From: Lytechinus pictus
Lineage: Eukaryota
DNA length: 64,000 bases
Reading direction: 5' to 3'
NCBI RefSeq assembly: GCF_037042905.1
Contig: NC_087247.1
Coordinates: 17,980,001-18,044,000, forward strand
The notes under the pieces are model-generated. The model was not told where the DNA came from. It saw only the letters and a program-made list of their open reading frames with translations, and did no database searches. This document shows, in pieces, positions 1-14,262 of this stretch (position 1 is its first letter; each line of letters opens with the position of its first letter). A program made the translations under genes and the position numbers.

Positions 1-727
1 CATTGTGAGTAAACTAAAACATCTTTCTCGTCAAGGTTACCAAGGATAATGCTATTGATGTAGATAATATCGTAGTGAATTATGTATTTAATTCCAAAGA
101 ACGTAATGCGTGAGCGAAAACTCTCTTTCAGCAATAATAGCCTTTTTTATCTCAACGATCGATCCGTCCCTTTTCTCTAATATTTATTACGATGCAACAG
201 ATGAAACTAAATGAGTGCCATTATTTTCACGGGGATGACGTCTTGCGGATTTTTTTTTGTTTCGTCTCAGATAGACATCTCCCTCAACCCAACAACGAAA
301 GAAACACAAAACGTTAAATTGCTAGATTTGCAGACGATGATTAAAATGGACTCAACATTTTAAAATAAAACTCTCATTCAGCCATATATTGATACTTCGG
401 TATTTCAGATCACAGTGACTTTTTACTCGCCAGAATTCATTAGTGAGCCCATTCAAGATTCTCATATTCCTCCTCCCATACAGCCACTGTAACTGCTGAA
501 AGATTTTTCGAAAGCAAAAGGTGACTGTTTTGATAATGTTTCATAAAAACCTTAAATGGATTTTGATATCCACCCTGGACAGAACTAATATAAGTTCACA
601 AAGGTTATGGCAGATCACGAGGATATTTATATAGATTTGATGTTTATTCCAAAGTGTCGGGTTCTATTTAGGACGTGACTTCACCCGGACAATATCGACT
701 TTGACTACAAAAGAGATAGATACCGAC

Positions 728-918
728 GGGGGTGTTTCACAAAGATACCGAGAGTCGCACTTAAATGCCTAGTTGCGTGCGGTATAAAAGGCATGACCGC
801 ATTGGTCAGATCGTGCCATGAGGACGCGAACTACTGCGTATCAATCAATAAGATCACGCGTTGCATATCATGTACGCGTCGGCTGTAAGTCATACTTAAA
901 TCTTTGTGAAACACCCCC
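728..918. mobile_element. PIF/Harbinger-like MITE (~190 bp)
   Basis: 19-bp TIRs gggggtgtttcacaaagat (728-746) / atctttgtgaaacaccccc (900-918); non-coding interior. Confidence 0.75.
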
Positions 919-3900
919 AGGATAGATAGTGATGAACGTCCAAAAATACTTTGCATCAACTGTTTAGTACTACCAGTTTACAGTTTACAGAGAAGGAGAC
1001 AAAGAGAAAGACTTAAGGTGCTGTTTTGGAATGGGGGAGGGGAGGCAGTTTAATCTCATGATGTCACAATTATATGAATGTGAAATAAGCTCTGAGTATC
1101 AATTAGAAATCGTCTTTGATGTGTCATTAACATAATTATCCCACTTCATCAGTCAAAAATGTCATAAGAAAAAAATGATTTTTTTTTTCTTCAAATATTC
1201 ATCAGATTAGAAATTATTTCATTTCCAAAATAAATGAAAAAAAGAGATAACAATCGCATTTGAATACCTAACCGTTTAAATATCTTTTATCAATATTCAC
1301 AATGAGGAACATAAACCCTTTGTAATCCCTTAATCAGATTTCATTCAGACAACAATGTAACCAAAAAAAAAAAGTTTATTTTACTCTCCTGCATAAGCTA
1401 GGATTTAGTGTTAACCACTTTCAACAGCTGAAAAAGAACATGTTTTGTCGCTACTGCTAAAGTCTAAAAGAAAAAAAAGTGGAGTGAGGGGGGCTGAAGT
1501 CCACCCGCCCCCGTTTCCGCGGCCCCTGTTATAGATACAAATACAAGGCGAAGATGATGATTTTTTTTTTCTTATCAAGCGAATATGTCTCATAAGTAAA
1601 CAAGGGTCGTATAATAGGTCCTATCGAGCCAATTTTAAGCCATTCGAATTGCTGGTTGTACACGCAAAGATGTGAAGAGAGTTCACTTTGCCTGGATGAT
1701 ATTAAACGAAGGAGTGGTATACGACGAAAAGTAAGTGCCAGTTGCACATTCGGAGGTTTCAAAAAGTGAATTGCATATTGCAGACATTTCGGATATACTT
1801 TGAAGTGCTTCGGAATTCCTCTATGTGATGACCTCCGACATCCTTTTACCAATGTCACATCTGAAACTCCGTCAATGAACAACTTTGCACATTAATTCAG
1901 AAAAATGGTGCAAATATGCACCTTGATATTTTTTTTCTGAAAGATGCAAAGTTGCAGCTTTAAAGGAACCCCTTTTCTGAAAGATGCAAAATGGGGACAA
2001 AAATTGCATCTCTAACGATGCTCCCGGTGTGACATAGGTTTCATAAACTTATAATTGAAAAAATAATAACAAAGGTGCAAGTTAAACCTATATTTCTTAG
2101 AGTGTATCCTTTACTAAGATTAACAACGTTAGATTTCGTCAGTTTGGGCGGAGTATTGTTTTTGCTGCACACTCTTGATAGGTTTCAAAAGAGTGACCAT
2201 TCAAATGATTAAGTTTACATTTGTTTGTACATTTACCTTAGCAAAGTGATTGAAATAAATAGAAATACGAGAGCAATAATCTCAGGAACGTCAAAAACGT
2301 TTCTTTCAAACAAAGATTATTACATCCTTTATATTGATTTGCGCATTTTAGCATATTAATGAAAATTTTAGAATAGTTAAATTTGATTTAAAATTGGAAA
2401 ATAGACTAAGAGTTCGTCTTTATACACATGATACATTGTGCCTATCATCATGCTCATGCTTCCTATAATTTTTATTCACTGTTCAAGATCGATTTTCGTA
2501 AATTTTAATTGAGTTATTATTCTCGAATATGTCTAGCATTAATATGAATACATGAAGCGACTTATTGCGAAACTTATCTTCTCTATGCATTTTAACCCAT
2601 CTTAAACAATATTATTTTTATATATATGATAGTAATGCAATCAACTTGCTCATGTCATTTGATTAGCATTATACATTGGTCGTCACTAGGGGCAAGTTTT
2701 TTCTCATTTCTCAAAGGTTTTGACGCCACATCATCAAAATGATTCAATGTTAATTATGTAACAAAAACATACACAACCTTGAAATTTGACCTGTATACGT
2801 AAGAATAGTCAACGGACGTTTAGCACATCGTCAGTTAATTCCTTGTTACATTTAAATCTTTTCAATTAATGGTAAGCGGAAATATCAATTCTGATTATGG
2901 TCAGATACAGCAGACAGAATAACACACATTGTAAAATTCATTCATTTAGATATCAAACATATATTTATCTGGATAATAACGCTTAGTTTTACAAGGTTGG
3001 TTTTCATCCTGGTCATTTCAATTGAAATCATTATCATATTAGTCTATAAAATATAAAAATATCAATAATTAAGCCATTATGAAAATCAACTATAAATCAA
3101 ACATGAACCGCATAATATTTAATTTAAGGTATATAAGTAGGCAGTTGAATGTCTTTCATTGTGCTTTCCAATGCTTTTAAAACGAAATATTTACATTGAA
3201 TATTATAATTTTTCAAGTTGTCAATATTATTGTTTTCAAAGAACCAGCACGATTATTTCCCAGAGCTTTGAATCAAGATGCATGATGCATGATGCAAGAT
3301 ACCTACCTATATACGCAATGTCCTTATGATCTGAAATGGCTAAATTAAAAAAATAAACCATGTCGTTGTCATGGTTCTCCATTAACTCTTTCAGTTTGCC
3401 TCGCTTGAAATCATTTTCACAAGGTTGGATGTCACTGAAAAATGGACAGTAACGCAATATGCACGTCCAAAAGCATTAGCTTTTATCATTTTGATTATCG
3501 TGCACTGTGACCAAGCTTACATGAACGGAAACATGATGTCCAACAACATAAATAAGAATGCCACATTCTTCAATGTTTTGGGGCAACGCTAGTTCCGACT
3601 AAAAGATAACCCGGAATGATGCTGGAGGTGACCCATTGCCATTTCATACCGTATTCCTGGTAATTTTTACCCTAGTCAAAGCCATTTTAGACACCAAAAC
3701 GACAGATTTTCGGGTCAAATTTTAAGAGTTCAGGGCGTGATAAAAAATTCTAGTTACCAAAAATGAAATCTCATTATGGTGCATCGGTCCAATATCGCTG
3801 TAACACTTCTGTATAATATATAAGAGAGTGAGAGCATCTAATATCAAAATCTCTACACTATATGGCTCTTGAACGAGCCTGTTATAATTGCAATAATCTG

Positions 3901-5287
3901 AAATTCAGATTTCTCAGCTTTGACATACTCTATCATCTCTGATTGTAACAAGAAGGATAAAAAAAAATGTGGGATACTAGGGCAGATTTATGACCCTGTA
4001 TTCATAGAATATCAGTTACATGTCTACGCTGACTGTCAAAAAATGCGCCATTTTGCCATGTGGTCCGCACAGTCAAACCAAAAATTAATCATTTCATTTT
4101 TCTTTTATTTTGTTTTCATGCAATATCTCCCTAATTTTGGAAAAGGATATTCTTCTTCCTATAACGACGAATCTGCATTTCATATCAATAAATTATATTG
4201 ATTGCCTTTTATTTCATGTTTTTGTAGACTAATATGAAGCAGAGCGGCTCTAAGAATGACTGGTGAAACTTTCTTACGCGCTAAATAATCATCAATGAAC
4301 ATAAATGGTGAAAATCATTAACCACAAGAAAGGATAACCAGTCGTTCTTAAAGTCACTCTTAACTTACGAACAGCTTTATGAAATGACCCCTGGTACATA
4401 GGCTTTCAAGATAATCTAATTTTTGGTCTCTTGTTGTTGGGCTCCGTATTGATCGAAGTTCACCCCCAAATTTCCCGTTACCCCACTCTCATGTAACATC
4501 TATAAGACGTAATTTGTTTTATTGGAAACGTTTGCTCAAACCGGGGGTTAACCGATTTTCTGAATTAATACATAGCCGGTCACATACAATAATTAAGAAA
4601 TAGTGGCTGAACCTAGGCGAATCTCATAGAAATAACAGCACATATTTCATTATGACAGTATTTGAAGCCACGTAACATTTTAATACATTAAAAGTTGAGC
4701 GCAATTTGAGAAATACGAAGCTCGAAAATATTTAACAGTTCTTATTGTTGATTTATGAAAACTAAACATATTGCGTCAAGCTCCATTGGGAAAGAATTAG
4801 AGCGTGAAGTAACGTCCACAGAAAAAGCAGGAAAGAGAAGGAAGCAACTCAAGGAAAGAAAAAAAATGAAAATACATTTTGACGCTATGATCTGTGACAG
4901 CTTCAAACATGCTGCCTGAGAAGTCCGCCCTATCGCAGCACTTTTAACCTCTCTTCATCTCTCTTTTTCTCTCAGTCATGTCAGTTACTCCGGGTAACCA
5001 GCAAATTATGAACATTTTACTCGATTTCTTATAGTGTCTTGCATTGATCTGATTTAGACGTATTGATGGGATATCACATAGCTATAGCAGCGGAAAGCTA
5101 GAAGGTAGCAACCACTCTGAGTGATGAAACTTCTTTGATTCATACTTTCTCATTTCCTGGATTATTACCCCCATTTTTATGGTGCAAGGAAAGAATGGGA
5201 TTATGACTCGATAGATAATTAAAGATCGAGGGCCGTTCCACGCCTGCATACAAATTTATCCTTTAAAGTGTTCATGAAACAACTATA

Positions 5288-6094
5288 CAGTGCGTCCCAG
5301 AAAAAACGAAACCGAGATTTAGCAATGATTTATTATAAATTAATCTCAAATACAATAGACAAATGACCTACCATTGTAAAGCTTAGAATCTCCTCTTTCA
5401 TCTGAAATTACTTAGATTATGTCACAAAAACAATTTGAAGAGGGGATACCAAAAAGTCATTTGGCGGGATGTATCTGGGTTTCAAAAAGAAAACCACATT
5501 TAAAAAAAATTCAATATCTGTTCTTTAATTTGATACCTCAATTACAGAAAATGGTCAAGAAATAACAAAGTTCTGGTTATTTGAAAAAAGGCTTGAATTT
5601 CAATAATTTCATAAAATGAAGAGGTTTTACAGGATAGCGTTCAAACTCACTCGACACTCCGTTTTGTTGACGATCAGCCATGCATTAAGTCTTTTGCTAA
5701 CCGTGCGATAGCTTCTGTGGGAAACCGGTGAAAGCACGTTTATTTAATGAAATTATGGAAATACAAGCATTGTTTCGAGGGAACATAACTTTTTTACTTC
5801 TTGACCAATTTTTGTGATTAAGGTATCAAATAAAAGAGCAGATATTGAACTCTTTAGGCATGTGATTTTCTTTTTGAAATTCAGACACCCCCCCCCCCGC
5901 CAAATGAGTTTTTGGTATCCTTTCTTCAAATTGTTTTTGCTCACTCATGCGTGAATGAGGAATAATCTAAGTAATATCAGGTGAAAGAGAAGATTCTAAG
6001 CTTTACATTGGTAGGTCATTTGTCTATTGTATTTATGATTAAGTTATGATAAATCATCGCTAAATCTCGGTTTCGTTTATTCTGGGACGCACTG
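5288..6094. mobile_element. Tc1/mariner-type MITE with long TIRs
   Basis: TA|cagtgcgtcccagaaaaaacgaaaccgagatttagc ... gctaaatctcggtttcgtttattctgggacgcactg|TA; inverted similarity extends ~300 bp inward. Confidence 0.9.
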
Positions 6095-7477
6095 TATTTC
6101 ATTTGAAAATAATATTTTAATGAAGTGAACTGCAGGGATTCGTGTTAATCGAATTTTACATCACAGTAGAAAACATAGTATTCTCATTATCCAAGCGTAA
6201 ACATATCACGTAATAATGGTATCAAGATCTTGGAGAGTATAATTATCATTATTCACTTGGCAGAACAGCTGTGCCAACTTATAAGTTGAAAGTATCTATG
6301 TTTTTCCATAATACATCTATTTAAGTTCTTCAACATGTTCAAAGAACCCATGCTGGTCGTAAATAACTTTATAAAATGGATTCTAAAGCAATTTTAGCCA
6401 TTAAAATCAAACGCCCACTTTGTTCAGGGATTATTACGAAAAACACATTACTTGGTCCTCATGGTCTTACAACTTTAGAATACCTCATTATGTATTAACA
6501 TCAAATTCAACACACCCATTGGGTGATTTTGCCCCCACGCCCTCCTCTTTCCTCCATCGTAAGCTATAAGGGTAAATACACAGGCTCGGTGGACGGTCTT
6601 ATGCCAGGGTCCAGATAGTGCTGGACATGAAATAACGTTTATTTTGTTTGGTTTTACAGGCAGGGATGAGTTAGCTTTATGAAATAATTATATTGAAATG
6701 CAGAATTAATTCAATGTTCAAATTCAGTATTACTGGACATGATCTATTAGTCGACTACGGCGATATCATGATATACACCGTGTACCATTGCAATTGATCG
6801 TCACCACTATTAAGGCACAACTAAGTTTTTTAAAACCCTTACTTTTTTGTGCATGGGTGGGGGGGGGGGGGAATCAGCAAAGATGATAGTTTAGAAACCT
6901 AAACAAAATTCACTGCTCTACATGAACTTCACGTACACCCACCATTATGATTATGATAAACTAGAAATATATAAATATACTGTATTTTATTACGGATAAC
7001 TTGAACTGTCTCGTTGGATAAAATGCTCTGGTAATGTCATGATTTGATAGGTTATTCTACCATGTCTACCAGTGCAAAGAAACTACTTTAAAAAAACCCT
7101 ATTATTTGGATCAATTCGTTCCCTCTTTTAGCAAAGATAATTTGTTTTCGCATATATGACGAACTTAAGTTGTATGATCTAGACTACATAATCCCAAGAG
7201 CTGATTGCTAGATTTGCGTAATGCATCTTAAAGCTTTCACCTTAACCTCATTTCTTGTGCATAATGAAATTGGTCTGACGGAAATATAGGATGAACTGTA
7301 ATACATTTATCATTTTTCAACGACATTGATAGTAATAAGGACCTCATCAATTATTGTTTATATTTTTATTTAGCATACCAAAAGTATTATCCATGTTATT
7401 TATAATATAGTGACACACGGAAAAGATATTTTATTTGAATTTTGTATATGTTTTCCTTCTCAATGAACACAAATAGT

Positions 7478-7711
7478 CTTGGCCGTACGCAGAAACTTTT
7501 CGCGGGGGGGGGGGGGGGGCAGCACGCGTAAACTTTTTTTTTTTTAAATCGAAAGCGAAGCGACCGGGCTTGTTATTGGGGTGTTTTTGCATTTTGTCAA
7601 GTAAAATTGATGCACACCTTTGGTGAAAATTGTGAGAATTTTCAGTAAAAAAATGTAAGTTTTCACATTTCTGGGGAGCAACTGCCCCCTCCCCCACTGC
7701 GTAAGGCCATG
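7478..7711. mobile_element. hAT-like MITE
   Basis: Termini cttggccgtacgcag / ctgcgtaaggccatg; degenerate 8-bp TSD caaatagt/cgtatagt; related copy at 47934-48189. Confidence 0.65.
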
Positions 7712-8339
7712 CGTATAGTGTTTGTATTTCTTTTACATTACCCATTGAATGTCAGAGACTGGACACAAATTCTTTTCCATTTTATGAAATATATATGATT
7801 CATCCTCTTACTCATAAATGATAATTTTCTTCATTTGTATGTATTTTATTGCAAAGCGCATAGATAATTGAATCACTATACGTTTATAAAATCTAAGGAT
7901 TTTATCACCATCAAGGTAGGTTGACAATGACCTCATGTTAGATTTTAATAAAGCAGAAAAAGAGAAAAACTTATCAAAGGGAGAAATTGTAAAATCGCAA
8001 GTTATCTGTATAAATTAGAAATATGGAATTTGATGGTTTGAATTTGAAAAAAGACTATAACTGTTCTCGCTTTATTTGCTTCCATTTCGTTATCTTATAG
8101 ATCCATTTTTGGAAAATTGGGTTTAGAATTTTAAATGTTGTCGTTGATTTTTTTTCGCTCGTATCTACTTCTTGCTAAGTACTGTTCCTCCAGAAGAGTA
8201 TGAACGAATAATATCCTATGCAAAAAATTCATAAATTATTCATTTATGTTGATTGTCCCCCCAATTTTAGAACTAAGTTTTAGTGGTAAATTATGTAATA
8301 TCCTGCGTAAAACGCATTTGATATTATTGCTATTCAATT

Positions 8340-8427
8340 ATGTCTCTCAAGTCACCGCTAGCTGGCTTCGCTCTCTCACACTACTGCATATATATTTGGT
8401 CGTCCGGGGCACAGATTCATTTCTTAG
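8340..8427 (+). CDS. Putative neuropeptide precursor, coding exon 1 (candidate signal peptide MSLKSPLAGFALSHYCIYIWSSGA/QIHFL)
   Basis: ATG at 8340, 88 nt, donor G|gtacgt, phase 1 fits exon 2. Hydrophobic stretch ends in small residues SSGA followed by Q. The h-region is only moderately hydrophobic, so this is the least certain exon. Confidence 0.55.
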
Positions 8428-9479
8428 GTACGTTTTAACACACAACTACAATCCCATTTACACCCCACACGCACGCGTACTCTCGCCCCTCATCCAAACC
8501 ACACCCTACATACACATTCAATACAACCAAGGATCACACACCCTTTTCCCCTGTCATTATAAACAAAACGGAATTTCATTATATTTATCTTCGAATTTGG
8601 TCTTCATGTTTTAAAGAGTAAAATGGAATAGTTTTGGCCAATAACACACATGCTCTCCAAATCATCGATAACATTCGGCTTTGGTGTGGGTTGTTCTTTA
8701 GCATGGATGGAAATATCTTGATTGGGGATGAATTTTAGTCTAATTAAGATGAGAATGAAATAAATTGCTCGCTAATAAGAATATTTATAGGTCTCCAGAG
8801 TAATTTACCATACAAACTGTCCGAAGCGATTTATCTTCCATCACTGTCAAATACGCTATTTAGGAAGTAGAAAAAGGATTCAATCAAACGAGGGAAAGAT
8901 CTGTTTGTTTCTCCCCGTATCCCCATTATTACATCTCAGAGTTTTTCTGTATTTGTATCAATCAATATATAACAATTTCCGGTTTAGATTATATGGCATG
9001 CAGGACAATTCTAAAAACAACAATATTTCAATGGTATAATTTTGCTAACTAGAGCAAAAATTTGTTCATGAATATTTATAAAATACTGAAATTGGAATCT
9101 CTAGGTAGTACTTTATAGCATTATCCTTAATCTATTATCATGATATAGTCTGCATGAGACCAACGAAGAAGGTTAGATTTTACTAATTTTAGTTTCAATC
9201 AATGACCTTTTAAAAAAACTGCATGATCAACCTGTATCTAGTTTGCAATTATGTACACTCCTACTTGCGATTGGAGCATCACCAAAATCTTTCTTGATTT
9301 AGGTAAAATTACTTCCATTCATTATTTTAGTTATTTCTAATAGACTTTTTTTTTAAAACAATATTACAAAACGGGTTACAGTCATCTCAACGTCGGCACA
9401 AGTTCAAGTTTTAGCTAGTGTCATGGATAACATGCTAGAAGGTCAGCCAATAAAGCTGAAATGACTACCTGGGTAAAAG

Positions 9480-9660
9480 ATTTATCATCATAATTTTACT
9501 GTTATATTATTATCATTATTTTTATCAATATCATTATCATTATTATTACTATTAAATTGTTATGAATTTTTATTATAATATTAATACTAATAGTATTATC
9601 ATTATCATTACTATTATGATTATCATTATCAGTAGTATTTTAACTATTGTTACTAATATT
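9480..9660. repeat. Degenerate (TAT/CAT)n low-complexity tract
   Basis: Runs of tattat/atcatt/actatt. Confidence 0.8.
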
Positions 9661-10226
9661 AGTTTCAATATTATATGAATAAAGAAGATAAAATTTTAGA
9701 CAGAACAAAAGTTTATTTCAGGACTGTACGATTCGTTGCTATTGTTTCCAGACTAATTTTCTTTTTTCTCATGTACAAAATAACTCTCGATTAAATATAC
9801 CGGTAATGTATAAATATCTATACACCACAAATTAGAAAATGTGATAAAAATGCAATCCAGTAACGGAGTAACGTTACTTTAATTGTACTTTGTAACCTTT
9901 AACTTTAAAAAAATAGATTGTTAGTCGGTGCGAAAATGTGAAGAAACGTCTTCTGCGCATCTGTAATCGGGTAACTCATGAACAAAATTTTGTACATCGA
10001 TGCGAAGGGCAAGAACATCTGCATGATTTTTGACACGTTTGCTGATTCTAATCAATTTGGTGGTATTAAAATAGGAGAGGTAAATATAGAGAGTACGTGT
10101 CAGCATACAGCTGCACATTGGTTACAGAAATAATCCTGTTTTATAATTGTGAACTTGCTTTCAAAGTCATGGAGAATTAATTCAAAGATAGGCCTACTGG
10201 AAATTTGCAAAAATGCATCTGCATAT

Positions 10227-10448
10227 ACTTAGTAAGGAATATGCTAAACATTTGGAGTAATTTGACTATTACTTATCATGATATATTTTGACAGCCAAAC
10301 TGATAAGAGTAATGATGATCATGATGGTGATACTAAGAAACTTAGTAAGGAATATGCTAAACATTTGGAGTAATTTGCCTATTACTTATGATATATTTTG
10401 ACAGTCAAACTGATAAGAGTAATGATGATCATGATGGTGATACTAAGA
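10227..10448. repeat. Tandem duplication, ~113-bp unit x2
   Basis: acttagtaaggaatatgctaaacatttgg...gatactaaga starts at 10227 and at 10340; few differences. Confidence 0.95.
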
Positions 10449-11055
10449 TACTATCTCATATGAGAAAAAAAACCTAAATTTTTATCCTATACTACTACCA
10501 CTGCTACTACTACTTATACTACTACTACTACAGTATTTCTACATGCTATTGCTACTTCTAATAGATCCAATATTATTTCAAGTAATAAGTTATATTAAAC
10601 ATAATGAATAATTGTTATAATGTAATACATAACAAAGAAGACTGATGGTAAAAGTTGTATTTACGTATACTACTTCAAGTAATAAAAGTCAATTAAAACA
10701 GATAAATTGTTATAATGTAAAACATAATGGGCAATACGGATGGTAAATGTTTCATTTACCTATTAACTCTTCTGAAAAAAACATAAGAACATTATTATTT
10801 TATTTGCCCCAAGTCAGGTAAAGATCTACTGAATTCCGTCTGACTAGAAGACTTATTCAATCCAGTAAAATGGCAGTTTTATACCTCAAGAAACCCAGGT
10901 GTTATGATTCATAAGTTAAAAAAAGTGAATTATTCATAGCATGATAACTAAACAGACTTGAATTTCATCTTCTTATTTCTCTCACTCATCGGACAAAGTC
11001 GTTTCCTATTAGCACCAAGTTTGTAACTTAATGCCTTGTGTTTTTGAATCCGTAG

Positions 11056-11127
11056 GGAGCTTCTGTCAAACACGTTGCACGGGTGGAAGCAGGAAGAGCG
11101 AGCTATGTTTCTACTGTCGAAGAAATC
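11056..11127 (+). CDS. Putative neuropeptide precursor, exon 2 ((G)SFCQTRCTGGSRKSELCFYCRRN(P))
   Basis: Acceptor tgtttttgaatccgtag, donor gtaagt, 72 nt, phase 1/1; four Cys spaced C-x3-C-x9-C-x2-C. Confidence 0.75.
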
Positions 11128-11939
11128 GTAAGTTATACCCCAAAATAGTCTTATTATTATGACAACGGTGAGAGATCAGCCTGATTGAGGGTGATGAGCG
11201 AGAGAATATGTTTTCATCCATTTTCCTTCGAAGTGATAATAAAGTAAACTTGATATTGCACTGCGAGGGTGGATCTTATTGGGCATGGTGGAAGGGTGTC
11301 TACCCAGGCGCAGAGTTTGGTGATTTGATAGGAATGGTTCTCCTTGGTGATTGAATGACGATGACGATGAAGGTGATGAAAATGGGGATGATAACAATAA
11401 TGACGCAAATTTGAAATATGAATTTGATGACTAAAGTGGGGTATCTTAAGAAAGTGACTAGGATTTACCTAAGCGGTTCAGGACCTGAGCTGTTGTTTTA
11501 ACATTGCTTTTAGTATTTTTTTTTACCAAATCGATGTCAAAGTGTGCGTTCCCTTTCATCGTTCTTGATATTTCCTTCTCGTAGATATAGTAGATGTTTC
11601 ATTGATTCTGACCATGAGTAATTTTAGAAACTTATATCCGGTGTTGTTTTATGAAACCATTCGTCAGTATTGCATGGATCGATTGTATCATGTTCTTGGC
11701 TATAAATAAGCTTCTTGATTCCCATTAGCAGAAGTGGTTTGCAAGTTAAAGTTATTATGTTGTTAATAACCATCTGAATAAGAATGTTCGTTAATTGTAA
11801 GGATTTCAGTTGGGTTATTGGTGATTCAGGTCATTTACAGAACTGGTAAAAAACGGGAAATTCAAGCAAAAACAGGCAACCAATTCTTCGGTGAGAAGAG
11901 AACAGTTTTATGTACCATCCCCTGCTCCACTGGAATATA

Positions 11940-12910
11940 CAGTGCGTATCAAAAAATAAGTTTACACTTAGAAAAAATTCTGTAAAATTATACATTTGTA
12001 ATATCCTGAAGATTTTTCCACATTTTAACATTGGTACAGATCCATCTAAGCAAATGACGATATAACTGTCGAAAAATATTTCCGCTTGAGTGAGCAGCAC
12101 TTACTTTGAAAAGTAAGTGAAAAATGATTTGCGCAGAACTTTGAAATAGTTATGCGAATAAAAGTAGACCTTAATCATGAAGAACACGTGGAATTTAGCA
12201 AGTAAAATTGATTTGAAGATATCTTTTACCTTTTTCAAACTTGTTTCCTTGCCCAAAACACTTCGAAGAGTGCATTGCGCCCCACACCACTCCCCCAAAC
12301 ACCGAGGCCATCGTGACGATATTTGCTTTACACCGAGCTGTGATTTACATGAAATGGCTTAGGCTTGATTTTTATTTTGTTAATCATTGTCAAGCTTGGG
12401 AAAAATGTGGAGAGACAAGTATTGAAAGAAAAATGAAATGTAAACCCACTTTAAATGATAAAAACTTAGTGAAAAATTGCTAGAATTGTCTGATATAAAC
12501 GTTTGTTCAGATTCAGTTATGTCCTCAGATCCAGCTGGCACAAAAGGCGTTATGGTTGTGCTAACTAAGTGTTAAAATGTCAATTTTGGTGGGAAAATTG
12601 TTGCAAAATGCTTGAATGTATCCGTTTTATTTCAATTGACTAAAAGTGCAAGGGAAATGTATGAGAAATGTTTCGCAGGGTAAGTTTGATTTCGCCCCTT
12701 CCCCTTGACACAGCGTGATAACGAGCATTTTTGCGAGCTTTACAAAAAATGGACGGTGCACACTCAAGTGTAACATTCTGTAAAAACTTTTACTTTCATG
12801 GGATAGATGAGACCCAAACCCAAGATTATATATGAAAAAAATACCCACATGTTGTATATTTTTTAATTCCCAGGGCTTTTTCAAAGTGTAAACTTTTTTG
12901 ATACGCATTT
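11940..12910. mobile_element. Tc1/mariner-type non-autonomous element (~970 bp)
   Basis: TA|cagtgcgtatcaaaaaataagtttacactt ... aagtgtaaacttttttgatacgcattt|TA. Confidence 0.85.
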
Positions 12911-13539
12911 TAGATTGGAGTGCTTAGGCACTGACTCTCAAAGGTTTCTCTATAACAAGAACAAAAATTAAAAGAGAAAAGGAAAAGAAAAGGGTGCAAT
13001 AGGATATACTCTTCTGAATATTTTAGTCAAACTCTATCACAAATTGATATATATGTCATATATGTCATTTAAAACGTCATCATTTTGGTTTTCTCACGAC
13101 ATTTTAGAAAGTTGGCCCCAAACGCCATGTGCGACCCCCTCAATTTTTTTTCTAGCTCATTACACGCCGCTGACTAGCTCATCTACTTTTTCCCATTATG
13201 ACGTCTGGAAGATAGCTAATACCTCATCTTCTGATTCTTCACAGAAACTTTGCATGTTCTCATATCTTCATTCGCAGACACGATGTCCAAAGGATGCGAT
13301 ATTAAGAAAGTCATTTTGGTCTCCAGATGTATGCTGAGTAAATGAAATGTCTTTTAGATTAAAAACTCGAGGGAATGTCCGTACTTCCATTTACGAAATA
13401 TTTGCGTCTAGCACTATAACACTATTAGCAATTCCCCCAACAATTCCCAGTTTGGAAAACAATGTTAGTGCGATAATTGTCATAATGTGTTAATTTAATT
13501 CTACACCGAAATTTTTAAAATCATCATCATCATAATTAC

Positions 13540-14262
13540 CATTAAATCATAAACGTATCCTTAAAGTCAGTAACATGTACCGCTTACAACTTTTCCAATT
13601 CATGTATCAGGTAGATAGAAATAGTGTACCTAATGTCTTACAAAATCAATTTATGAGAAACAATAATTTGCATTCATTGAATACGAGACAGTCAAATAAC
13701 TATCACTTACCTAAAAGAAGATCAGTATTTTCTAGCAAAACTGTATTTTTCACAGGACCCAAACTCTGGAATTCTCTGGACAGAGATATAAAAGAGGCAA
13801 CTAATCTGAACCGATTTAAATTACTCATCAAAAAATTTCTTCTGAATTCTTACTGATTCAATCAAATACTTTGTGAATACTATCCACGGTAGTGTTGATT
13901 ATTTTAAGGTCAATATATTATTTTGTATATGATGTATATACCATCGTGTTACAGTGTTTATATATACTGTATATAATTATATATATATACATTTATAGAG
14001 TTTTGCTGATTATTTTGCTCTACTTATATCATATTACCCTTGTATAAAATGTTGATAGGGGGTCTACATCTTACAAGCTTTGCATATCAGTAGGCCCCTC
14101 CACTTTTTTTTTATTTCGTTGGTACGTTTCAAACCTGCATAATTTATGTTATGCAGTTGATGCATCTTTTCATTGTAAAAATGCTTTTTAATGAAATGTA
14201 CTTTGGGGATTTGTGGAATATGAATATATCAATAAATAAAATAAAAATAAATAAAATGAAAA
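13540..14262 (+). mobile_element. 5'-truncated CR1-group (Crack/L2-like) LINE 3' end
   Basis: ORF 13575-13856 has the typical ORF2 C-terminus (HSLNTRQSNNYHLP...TVFFTGPKLWNSLD...FKLLIKKFLL*), then an AT-rich 3' UTR and an (AATAA)n tail. Confidence 0.85.
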
